From the NCBI GenBank assembly GCA_000934665.2, contig JYFJ02003522.1, positions 1 to 40,570 on the forward strand: DNA of 40,570 nucleotides. The letters are read 5' to 3'. Below, piece after piece: positions 1 through 9,299 of the stretch. Numbering within the stretch: the first letter of the stretch is position 1; the number at the start of each line of letters is the position of its first letter. The DNA comes from Catajapyx aquilonaris (lineage: Eukaryota). The position numbers and the translations under genes were made by a program. A model generated the notes under the pieces. That model was not told the origin of the DNA. It was given only the letters and a program-made list of their open reading frames with translations, and ran no database searches.

Positions 1-70
1 AGTTGGCAGACCTGTATTGCCGAGAAAGGAAATAGGTGGCGGTTAGGACTTTTGGCGGGAAGGGAAAGTG

Positions 71-148
71 GCCGCCTGAAGAATTAGTGCCGTACTGACC
101 AAAAGGTGGCAGCACCTTTTTCGTCACGGCACTACTTCTTCAGGCAGC
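71..148. repeat. Imperfect inverted repeat, arms about 36-38 bp (MITE-like)
   Basis: GCCGCCTGAAGAATTAGTGCCGT...AAAAGGTG, then GCAG, then CACCTTTT...ACGGCACTACTTCTTCAGGCAGC. Confidence 0.75.
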
Positions 149-306
149 AACATCTGGAGCGTTCCAGACAAGGCTATTATTATAGGGGGATTTATAGCTG
201 GTCCATTTAATATTCCGTTTCCATAGATGGAGGATGCATCTCACTGTCAGTCGGGATGGAGTGAACATCTGGAGAGCCAATCACCAGTGTCCATTTGCCT
301 TTGTAC

Positions 307-682
307 TGTTGCCATCGCTGAGTCAGCCTGACTCAGCACCAACAACATTCTGTATCAAATATTAGGACATCTTTAATAGCTTGAAAAACAAATGTAAGAG
401 CCCTCAGCTAGTAATAAAGAAGATAACAACTAGCTGAGGACAGCTCATTAATCGGTATAAATACTAGACCCTTCTCACCACTAGGTCAGTCAGAGAACGA
501 GTGAGTGAGTGANCCCCCTTTGTATTGAAAAGTGTACTTGTTAAAGTGAATTGATATATTGATGTCATAAAAGTGTCGACATTAAAGCAAATATCCGACC
601 ATGTTCAACGTTGTAAAATTCAATCTACCTTATAAACACATAGTCTTGTCCGAACCCTCCTCTTGAAAAAGGGACCACGACA
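307..682 (+). repeat. 5' LTR (376 bp)
   Basis: Starts TGTTG and ends CGACA (imperfect terminal inverted repeat), 3 nt before the PBS. The first 84 bp recur at 7688. Contains TATAAA (456-461), TCAGT Inr (486-490) and ATTAAA (581-586). Confidence 0.9.
456..490 (+). promoter_or_regulatory. LTR core promoter: TATA box plus arthropod-type initiator
   Basis: TATAAA at 456 and TCAGT at 486-490. The Inr A (488) is 32 nt after the start of the TATA box. Confidence 0.65.
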
Positions 683-685
683 TTT

Positions 686-695
686 TGGCGCAGCC
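686..695 (+). promoter_or_regulatory. Primer binding site, tRNA-Ser-like
   Basis: TGGCGCAGCC lies just after the LTR-ending CA. TGGCGCAG is complementary to the tRNA-Ser 3' end (..CUGCGCCA), as in 17.6/297-type elements. Confidence 0.75.
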
Positions 696-754
696 TAATT
701 AAACTCGATTAAAATTGTGCTATGGTAATTGAATGAGAACTTCTCAAATGGTTC

Positions 755-1726
755 ATGACCACAACCGGACATGCGGTCGACTCCCTACGAGATGAACTAT
801 CGGCGATATTAGGATTAGGTAGGGCGCAAGAGGACACTGATCGGTTTAGGAAAGTTATAGCTGTACTAGAGTATTTTCGCGACGAAATGTCCCTCACCAG
901 CACCAGCGCCGGCACCGGCACCACACTCTCAGTAGGATTACTACAGAGTGTGCCTAAATTTTCCGGTCAAAAGAGTGAGGACATCAGTGATGTTTTAGAC
1001 AAACTAGAATTGGCGGGCACTATCAGTAAGTGGACTGATGCGGAAAAAATAACGCTGATGAAATTGCGGTTAGAAGGCGAGGCACGGGATTTTGTGAGTA
1101 CAGAAGCTTCACTAAAAGACGCGACCGACTGGAAAATATTTCAGTCAAGCTTGATAAAGCGCTATGCACCAACCGAGGCAGTTTCTAAGTTGATGATTGA
1201 ACTTGCGTGCTACGGTCAAAACGCAACCGAGGATGTCGCTGGATTCGCAACCAGGCTGAAAAAACTGGGCGCGAAAATTCAAAAATCATCGGGAACGACG
1301 GAAAAAGTGATGCTAGAAGCGCAGTTGCTGGCACAGTTCCGGAAGGGAATTCGTTCAGAAGGCGTTAGGAGATTTCTCGGCTGGAAAGAACCCAAAAGCT
1401 TAGAAGAGGCGGTCGAGCTAGCCCTTAAGGAGGAAATGAACGAGAAAAGTGCTATGTATGGCAATCGCAAAGAGAACCGCTTGTATGCCATACAGCAAAA
1501 GTCAGCTCCAAGCGCGCAAGATAAGAAACATAAGAGCCTGACACCGAATAACAGTAGTAAGGGCCCCATACAAAGACAAAACAGCACCTTCCGCTGCTAT
1601 AATTGTAACCAGGTAGGCCATTATTCCCGTAACTGTTTCAAGCCTAAAAGGTGGCAGAAGTCGGACAATACGTGGCCACGGCAGCCCACCACCCCATGGC
1701 CTGAACAGAGGCAGGGAAACGAGTAG
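755..1726 (+). CDS. gag: Gag (capsid-like domain plus CCHC zinc knuckle)
   Basis: 323-aa ORF with VPKFSG...WTDAEKITLMKLRLEGEA capsid-like motifs, Q..EDVAGFATRL and the knuckle CYNCNQVGHYSRNC. Confidence 0.95.
   Translation: MTTTGHAVDSLRDELSAILGLGRAQEDTDRFRKVIAVLEYFRDEMSLTSTSAGTGTTLSVGLLQSVPKFSGQKSEDISDVLDKLELAGTISKWTDAEKITLMKLRLEGEARDFVSTEASLKDATDWKIFQSSLIKRYAPTEAVSKLMIELACYGQNATEDVAGFATRLKKLGAKIQKSSGTTEKVMLEAQLLAQFRKGIRSEGVRRFLGWKEPKSLEEAVELALKEEMNEKSAMYGNRKENRLYAIQQKSAPSAQDKKHKSLTPNNSSKGPIQRQNSTFRCYNCNQVGHYSRNCFKPKRWQKSDNTWPRQPTTPWPEQRQGNE
1714..1720 (+). promoter_or_regulatory. -1 ribosomal frameshift slippery heptamer G GGA AAC
   Basis: In X XXY YYZ phase with gag, one codon before the gag TAG. 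The -1 frame is open from 1705 directly into the protease ORF. Confidence 0.85.
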
Positions 1727-4700
1727 GGCCAGCCCCGACTTTACGGTCTAGGGATCACTACAATGGCCTAAGTAACCGTCGTAAGAAAAAGGAAGTTAGC
1801 GTCCCAGCTCTGGGAATTGGGACAGGCACTGACTCATACGCAACACCAATAATTCAGGTGACGATAGACGGTTACCCATGTCGAGTATTACTCGATACTG
1901 GAGCCAGGGTCTCGTTGTTGTGCGAAGAAGTGTGGCAGAAGATAGGAAAAACAGCACGATTGAACACCCGTTTTCCCTTGACGGCAGTAGGAATCACAGG
2001 CGATAATTTGGAATTACCAGGCAACTACCGAGCTGAAATACGCATAGGAAATGTGAAATATTGGCACAATTTATGGATAGCCAAAGGCCTAGAACATCTT
2101 GATGCTCAAGGACTTTTGGGATGGGATTTCATGGAGGATAGTGGACTTCTACTCGATTGTGGAACAGGGACGGTCAGGATAGGCAACTCACAAGTCAGCA
2201 TTCAGACAGACGCAGACACAGGGAATATTTTTCCTGTCCTCTGTGAGTCACAAATACCAACCAACAGTAAGGCTAGTAACAGAGCTGACTGGAAATCAAG
2301 TGAAGACGATCCTGACGGCCCCAAATTGGAAGGAATCGACGAAGCTCAACTTAACCTCAAACACTTGTCCATGAGCCAACAGCATTCACTTTTAGACATA
2401 CTTTCTCAATACCAAGAAACAATCCATAGGAAAGATGGACCTTTAGGTGTGACTAATCTCGTAGAACATAGGATAGAGGTGGAGGGAAGTAACCCCATAG
2501 TATCAAACCCGTATAGAGTCGCGGAATCGCAGAGACAGGCTATGAAAGATTGCATCGAGGAAATGTTAGCACAGGAAGTCATAGCACCCACCACGTCCCA
2601 ATGGGCCTCACCTGTGGTGCTCGTACCCAAGAAAGATGGTTCTCTGCGTTTTTGTATAGACTATAGGCGTCTGAACGCAGTCACTAAGGGTGACCCCTTC
2701 CCACTACCAGACCCGAGAGAAATTTTTGCAGGACTAGGCAAACCCGCGTGGTTTTCTGTTATTGATATGCACTCCGGATTTTGGCAGGTTAGGATGGCTC
2801 CTGATTCGCAGGAAGTGGGTAGCTTCATAACCCCGTTCGGAAAATACAAAGTTTTGCGTCTACCGTTTGGGTTAAAAAACAGCCCAAGTACATTCCAGAG
2901 GTTGGTTAATCAGGTTCTGCAGGGTCTCATTGATAATACCTGTTTTGCCTACTTAGATGACGTCATTATTTTTAGTGAAACTTTTGAAGAGCATATTGTC
3001 AGACTAAAACAGGTGTTAGAAAGATTCCAGAAAGCAGGACTAAAAATTAAATTATCCAAAAGTCATTTTTGCCAATCAGAGATTAAATACTTAGGACATG
3101 TACTCTCCGCAGATGGCGTAAGGCCGGACAAACAGAAAACGGAGGCTTTGACGGAATACCCCACCCCTCAGAACGTATCAGAAATACGCAGTTTCCTCGG
3201 GTTCGCCGGTTATTACAGACGGTTCATACCGGACTATGCAGAAATTTCAAAACCCCTCACAGAACTCACGAGAACGAACACACCATATATTTGGGACAAG
3301 AAATGTAAAGACGCTTTTGACAAACTTAAGAATGCTCTGACTCATGAACCGGTGCTGAAGTTCCCGGATTTTCAGAAAACGTTTTTTCTTGGCACAGACG
3401 CCAGCGGCACAGCCATTGGCTCCGTGTTATATCAACGATCAGGGGAAGAAGAAAACCCCATAGCATATTTTAGCAAACAGTTGTCTAAGCACGAGCGAAA
3501 TTATGCCACTATAGAGTTAGAAGCAATGGCCATAGTAAAATCAATCAAGGAATTCCGCCACTATCTTCTAGGGAGAGAGTTCGTAGTGTACAGCGATCAC
3601 GCACCTTTAAATTGACTCCTTAGCATAAAACAACCGAAAGGCAGACTCCAGAGATGGATTTGGGAGCTACAGGAATTCCAGTTCGAAACTAGATACAAAC
3701 CGGGCAAGAAAAACCAGGTCGCTGATGCACTTTCGCGAGTCAAACCTATTAAGGAAGTCGCGGTTGGAAAGATAGATGTCTACAGCCCAATTTGGGACAG
3801 ACAGAGGGTAGAAATGGAACAGAGCAAGGATAGTCAGTTGAAAAACGTAATTAACAGGATCAGAACTGGAGAAAAAGTCGAAGGCTACAGTATGGAAGGA
3901 GACCTTTTGTACTACACTATTCCCCCACGATTAGGAAGAGACTTAGAAAACGAAAGGACGTGCGTAGCAGCACCATATAGCATGAGAAGCAAGATTTTGG
4001 AAGTCTACCACGACCTGCCTTTTTCAGGCCACATAGGCTCAGATAAAACTTATGAAAGAATCAGACGAGATTTCTATTGGAAGGCAATGAAATCCGATGT
4101 GCAAAAATATTGTAAATCTTGCGTCTCATGTCAACAAAAGAAGAACCCTAAAAATAGGGCAAAAATGGTTAAAATGCCAAGTGTCTCGCGACCCTTCGAG
4201 TTAGTCTCCAGTGATATCCTAGGGCCATTACCAAAAACCAGGAAAGGGAATTCTTATATCATTTTGTTTACAGACTACCTCACTAGGCAGGTAGAGGGTT
4301 TCGCTCTGGCCGATCAGAAAGCTGAAACTATAGCAGAAGTATTCCTGAAAGGGATAATTTGTAGGTACGGCACGCCCGAAAAACTACTCACGGACAGAGG
4401 GGCGAACTATACCTCAAAATTGATGAAAAACGTGTGTGAATTGTTAGGCATCGAAAAAATTCAGACCACAGCCTACCATCCTCAAACTAACGGTGTAGTG
4501 GAAAGGATGAACCAAACATTATTGAAAATGTTGAGCCATTACGTCACCAACAAGCATGATGACTGGGACAATCATTTGGATTATGTCCTAATGGCGTATC
4601 GGTCGGCAATCCACGACAGTACAAAGGATAGTCCCCACTTCCTTCTTTTTGGAAGGGAAATGCGAATCCCATTCCATGATTACTTAGGCAAGAGAAGCCC

Positions 4701-5310
4701 GAGTGCTGATAAAACGAGGGGCGGCTACAAAGCGGAATTATTAACCAGAATGGGCAAGATATTCCGAAAAGCAAAGGAGAATTTAGAGAAGGCCGCCGAA
4801 CGCGCAAAATTAGGTTACGACAGGAAAGCGCGTAACAGAGTGTTTGAGCCAGGAGATCTGGTTTTACTTTACTTCCCTGCACTGAAAGTCGGTAATACAA
4901 AGAAGCTCGCGAAGCTATGGCAGGGACCGTTCAGAATTTTGGAGAAGCTGGGCACAGTAAATCTTCGAATTCAAAAGCTAGAAACAGGAGCGACCCAAGT
5001 GGTCCATATGAATAGAGTGAAACTGTTTCACCCGAGGTCCCCGGACCTCGGGGTAAGTAACAATGTTACTGTTTCAGGGCCAGCGCTGCCCGGACACCAG
5101 GATGCTGACCCTCCCCAGAATAGTCCTAGTGGACAGGAGGAGGGAGAAGAGATAAATGACGAGATCATTTTTCTCCAAAAACAGGAAATGGAGTCAGCAA
5201 CTGCAGACACTCCATTAAGAAGGAGTGATAGAAATAGGAGACCCCCCATAGGTACAGCCCCAAATAGGAGGAAACTAATAGTGCACTTTAAACCAAAATT
5301 TACAGAATGA
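1720..5310 (+). pseudogene. pol: Pol polyprotein (protease, RT, RNase H, integrase) with one in-frame TGA at 3613-3615
   Basis: Protease LLDTGA. RT LRFCIDYRRLN, LPFGLKNSPSTF and YLDD. RNase H TDASG...ELEAMA...SDHAPL*LL...ADALSR. Integrase HHCC (YHD..GH..CKSCVSC), DDE (SDILGP/TDRGAN/VERMN) and GPF motif. ORFs 1858-3615 and 3814-5310 are in the same frame. Confidence 0.95.
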
Positions 5311-7260
5311 TGATCATCACCCTCATAATGCTCACCTTAGCTGTGAGAGGGACGAATACGGAGCCTCACCAACCAGAGGAAACAGACCAGATGACGGTCA
5401 AACAATGGGACACTGACACTAACACTGGCTTAATTTTCATAAAGGAGGATGAATTTATATTGGCAGGAAACCAATGGAGAATCGTGTTTGATTTGGATCT
5501 GGAGGCAATCAAGCAATCAGTGGCAGAAATGCAAACAGAAACCCAGAAAGTAGTCACTATGATCCAATTTGTAATAGAAACACGCTTCAAAGGAGACACG
5601 AATTTGAATATACCTCTCACGTTACTAGCTAAGGAAAGCGAACTCATTCAGCAGGAAGCAAAAACGTTGGCAGACAATGTGAATGAGCTCAGCAGTTTAA
5701 TCGAGACACGAGACGCAGCGAGACAAAGAAGGGCGCTAATAGATGTTGGGGGAGAGGCCTTAAAATCGATTTTCGGCCTAAGTACAGGAAAAGATATTAG
5801 GAGAGTTAATAAGAAGATACGTTTGGGCTTACAAAATCAAAAACAGGAAATGGTGCACCTAGTGGAATTACAGACATCAGTCATAACGAAGATTGCACAT
5901 GCAGTCGAGAATGACACGCAAGCATTACGAAACATGGGAAAGGCAGTCATAATATTGGCAAAAAAGTTAGACGACATAGAATTAAGAACAAGCCTCCATC
6001 AAAAACAAGTTAACATTACAGGACTTCTATGGTTAAATTCAATTAGTACAAGTATGAGATTACTGCACTCATCGATAACACAAGGGAAGATAAAGATATC
6101 AGATTTGTCAGAAATCAGAATTCTTTCATAGGGCCTTAAAAGGAGAATTTCACCCTAGACTACTAAGTCCAAAGCAATTGCTCCACTATTTACACCAGAT
6201 ATTACCCAATCTACCGAACGGGTTGCATCTGGCGATTCCAGCTGATAGAGAGTCAATCCCCTTGTATTACCGATGGGCAAAAGTGTTAATGATACCGATG
6301 GACGAAACTGCTCGTCTTGTTCTGTCAATTCCACTGAAGGCAGATGCAGATTCCTTTGAATTGTACAGAGCAATCCCATGGCCCACTAGAATAAATAATT
6401 CAAAAGTAATTATAGAAATCACTCCAAAGTCAGAGTTATTTGCGATTAGCAAAGATAGACAGGCGTTCGTGGAACTGAGTGAGCATGACTTGCGCCATTG
6501 CGAAGAAGGACCAGTAATGTTATGCCGACCAAAAGAAGCGGTAAGAGTTAAACCTAGCACGTCCTGCTCATTCGCCATGTTCACTGGATTCGGAATAGAA
6601 GGAGTGAATTGCGTAAAAACGATAATCGTAAATCCAAAACCACTATTCGTGTCCCTCACCGATTATGGCCACTGGGTTTTCAACATTCCAGGGACATTGA
6701 CCCTGTTCGTAACATGTCCACTATCCGACAGAGAAGAAGTTAAGGTTCACCCTATTTCTCTGACGGGTACTGGACAACTCAACATAACTAGAGGTTGCAC
6801 TGCACACGCAACTGGAGTTAGGCTACCCAGTAATTTCAATGGCCGAGATCAGTGGAGGAAACGAAGATTGGGTCATGTTGTGGTACCCCCAGTATCGAAA
6901 ATCCTCCAACACCTCAATTTAAGTATGCTAAGTAATACTAACAAACCCCACGAACCAAACAATGAAGACACCCTCAGCAGACTGTTGAAACAAGCAGCGA
7001 TTAATGTGGGAGACCATGAGTTCAGTCTCCCACTCAGTGAAGTGAACAGTGCAGTGACACAGTTTAAAAACGCACCGATATTCAGCAAAGAAGACGCCGC
7101 CCCCTTTGTAATCGGGACTAGTGTATTGGGTACCCTTTTTAGTGTGAGCGCTCTAGTGTATATTTTGATCCGGATCCGGAAACTATGTATCAACCGAATG
7201 ACACGGGGTATTATTGTACATCCTAACCTTCCCATTCCCGGAGCAACTGACGTTGAGTGA
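5307..7260 (+). pseudogene. env: Env, class I fusion glycoprotein of baculovirus-F/errantivirus type, frameshifted at about 6114-6120
   Basis: Signal peptide MMIITLIMLTLAVRG. Furin site RQRR followed by fusion peptide ALIDVGGEALKSIFG. Heptad-like helices, a Cys-rich region, and a C-terminal TM segment (FVIGTSVLGTLFSVSALVYILI-RIRK). The two ORFs join if the 7-bp duplication is removed. Confidence 0.9.
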
Positions 7261-7675
7261 TTCATGTGTAGTCAAAAGGGTTCAGAGTGTGGCAGCAAGG
7301 CCAAGAAGACACCAACTTCACCACGCCGCTTCTGTAGGACAGGCCATCCTCAGACTGCGCGGCAACAGGGAAGCTGAGTTCCAGTACAGCGACGAGGTCC
7401 TGACTACCGTGCCGCCAATTGCACAAGGAATCTGGACCTTGGCAGTTCCAGGAGCTACCAACGCCGAAGTACTAGCAGCTACTGATGCTACTGGAATCCT
7501 GCTTCAAGAGTCTTAGCCTCTATCATCACACCACGCACTCTGAAACCCCGACTTGGCAACCACATGACCTACTCTAAATCTTTTGTTCACCCCAACGTTC
7601 CCCTTATTGTGAACTTGTATCAAAATTATTGTGTAGTGAAAAGTTTGTATCCCTTGGACCCATAACTTTTCACAT

Positions 7676-7685
7676 AGGGTGGGGA
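7676..7685 (+). promoter_or_regulatory. Polypurine tract
   Basis: AGGGTGGGGA lies 2 nt before the TG that starts the 3' LTR. Confidence 0.8.
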
Positions 7686-7687
7686 TA

Positions 7688-7771
7688 TGTTGCCATCGCT
7701 GAGTCAGCCTGACTCAGCACCAACAACATTCTGTATCAAATATTAGGACATCTTTAATAGCTTGAAAAACA
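7688..7771 (+). repeat. Truncated 3' LTR (first 84 bp only)
   Basis: Identical to 307-390, then diverges abruptly. Confidence 0.95.
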
Positions 7772-7930
7772 GGCTACGAATTGGCTTATTGTAACTTGGC
7801 CTTATTTTAAGGTGTATCGAGTTCCAGTGTACGGAATGCAAATTTTACAAACAAACAAACTTCCTAAAATATACCCGTACCTTTAACAGCATCCCAACAT
7901 ATACCGGGGCAACGCCGGGTAACCTGCTAG
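7772..7930 (+). mobile_element. Helitron-like 3' terminal fragment
   Basis: GC-rich hairpin TACCGGGGCAACGCCGGGTA (7902-7921) lies 5 nt before CTAG (7927-7930), which is followed by T. There is an internal (ACAA)n run. The left boundary is uncertain. Confidence 0.6.
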
Positions 7931-8897
7931 TATTCTCCTAAAACATGTAAGACAAATAGACAATAATGTGTTCCATTCGTTCTATTAGTCACATGATCAC
8001 AAGGGGTTGTCCGTGGAGTTGCTGAGTGAAACTTGGCACAATAATTTAGGCAGGTATTAAAGTTAATGAAGAAAATTTGCTTTGCCTCAAGTGGAAAGCT
8101 GCAGTTGGAATTAATGCAAAACATCCACAAGTTTAATATGTACAATTGCATAAAATTTGTGTAAATATTATGCACGGCTATTAATATTTATTATTAAATG
8201 AATTAGTTTAAAGTTTGGCTCCGATAGATGGCAGGGCAATGCCATTGCTGGGGTAATGCGACGGATTCTGCGGGCCTAGTGAGGTGTGGTTCCGATAGAT
8301 GGCGCGCGATGCACTATCGCCATTTTGGGTCTAACAATGTGGCGGTGGATTTGAAATTGCTTTCGATACTCTAAAATGCTAGAAACTGCTAGGAAATGGA
8401 TAGTGCACACAGTTTCTTGCTTCAGAAAAATTAAGAAGGGACGAAAATATGGAAATAGCCTCTAGCAGTCTAGTGGGTCGAAAAATTGGGGAGGTTGGGT
8501 GGAAAGTAAATTGAATTGTGCCAGAACCCGCTCAAAGCGGTTATTTTTCTGCCCTTTGAAGCAGTTTACAAAAGGGCTAACTACTGAAGTGCAGATGCTG
8601 ATGCCTGCGCAGGCACTACAGGTCGGTCTACAAGTTCAGGAATCTGTGTAATACCTTGCCACACTGTACACTCGTTCTGCACTGATATACAGCACTTCGC
8701 AAATGCTAAGCGACACAATTTCTGCAACCGCGACATTGCACCGGATGCAAATGACATTAGTCTCCCTCATCCCTCCAACGTGAATATTTGCTTTTGTACC
8801 CACAAGTGCAACATGTTGCTGTATGACGGTTTATATAGGCAGCACTTTCCTCCAACGTACGTATGTCTCACTCTACTTCCACTAGAATAACTAGATG

Positions 8898-8929
8898 GCT
8901 GCCATCATAGATTAATCTATGGCTGCCAT
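8898..8929. mobile_element. 16-bp palindrome flanked by an 8-bp direct repeat: DNA transposon footprint or minimal element
   Basis: GCTGCCAT-CATAGATTAATCTATG-GCTGCCAT. Confidence 0.6.
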
Positions 8930-9299
8930 ATTATGTCCTTCACCACACACCACTTACATTCCTGATAGTCTGGTCATAAGGCCAGGAGATGGAGGGAGCG
9001 GTGTTGTTTGGTATCATTGTTGTTGGCGGTGTTTCAATGTCCTCAATGCCAATCTTGTTCAGACGTTTTTGGCAGATTAACCTTCTCGGAGAGTAATATC
9101 TGCATTCTCCGGAGAATCATTCACTGCTGCACCCTGTAATCATTACCAAGCAATGAGACAGCATTGAAGTCCAAGGGCACTGTAAATCAATCTTACCATC
9201 GCATGAAGCTGCAGAAGAGCTCTGTAAAGTATAACAGGCCTAGGATCAGCCCAAAAACAAATGTAACACAAGGCTCATTGGCAACATAAAGTACAGTTC

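Larger units (their letters stand above)
307..7771 (+). mobile_element. Ty3/Gypsy LTR retrotransposon with env (endogenous retrovirus-like), 3' LTR truncated
   Basis: The order is LTR, PBS, gag, pol (PR-RT-RH-IN), env, PPT, LTR. Bases 307-390 and 7688-7771 are identical over 84 bp. Confidence 0.97.

Noticed and set aside
1858..5310. Treating 1858-3615 and 3814-5310 as two separate genes
   Set aside because: They share a frame and the conserved RNase H sequence continues across a single TGA, so this is one pol.
709..7265. Minus-strand ORFs inside the retroelement (709-924, 1279-1587, 4544-4900, 6267-6659, 6873-7265 and others)
   Set aside because: Antisense shadows of gag, pol and env with no recognisable motifs.
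7826..7882. GTAC copies as the right-hand target site duplication
   Set aside because: They are not preceded by the LTR end (...CCACGACA), so they are chance 4-mers.
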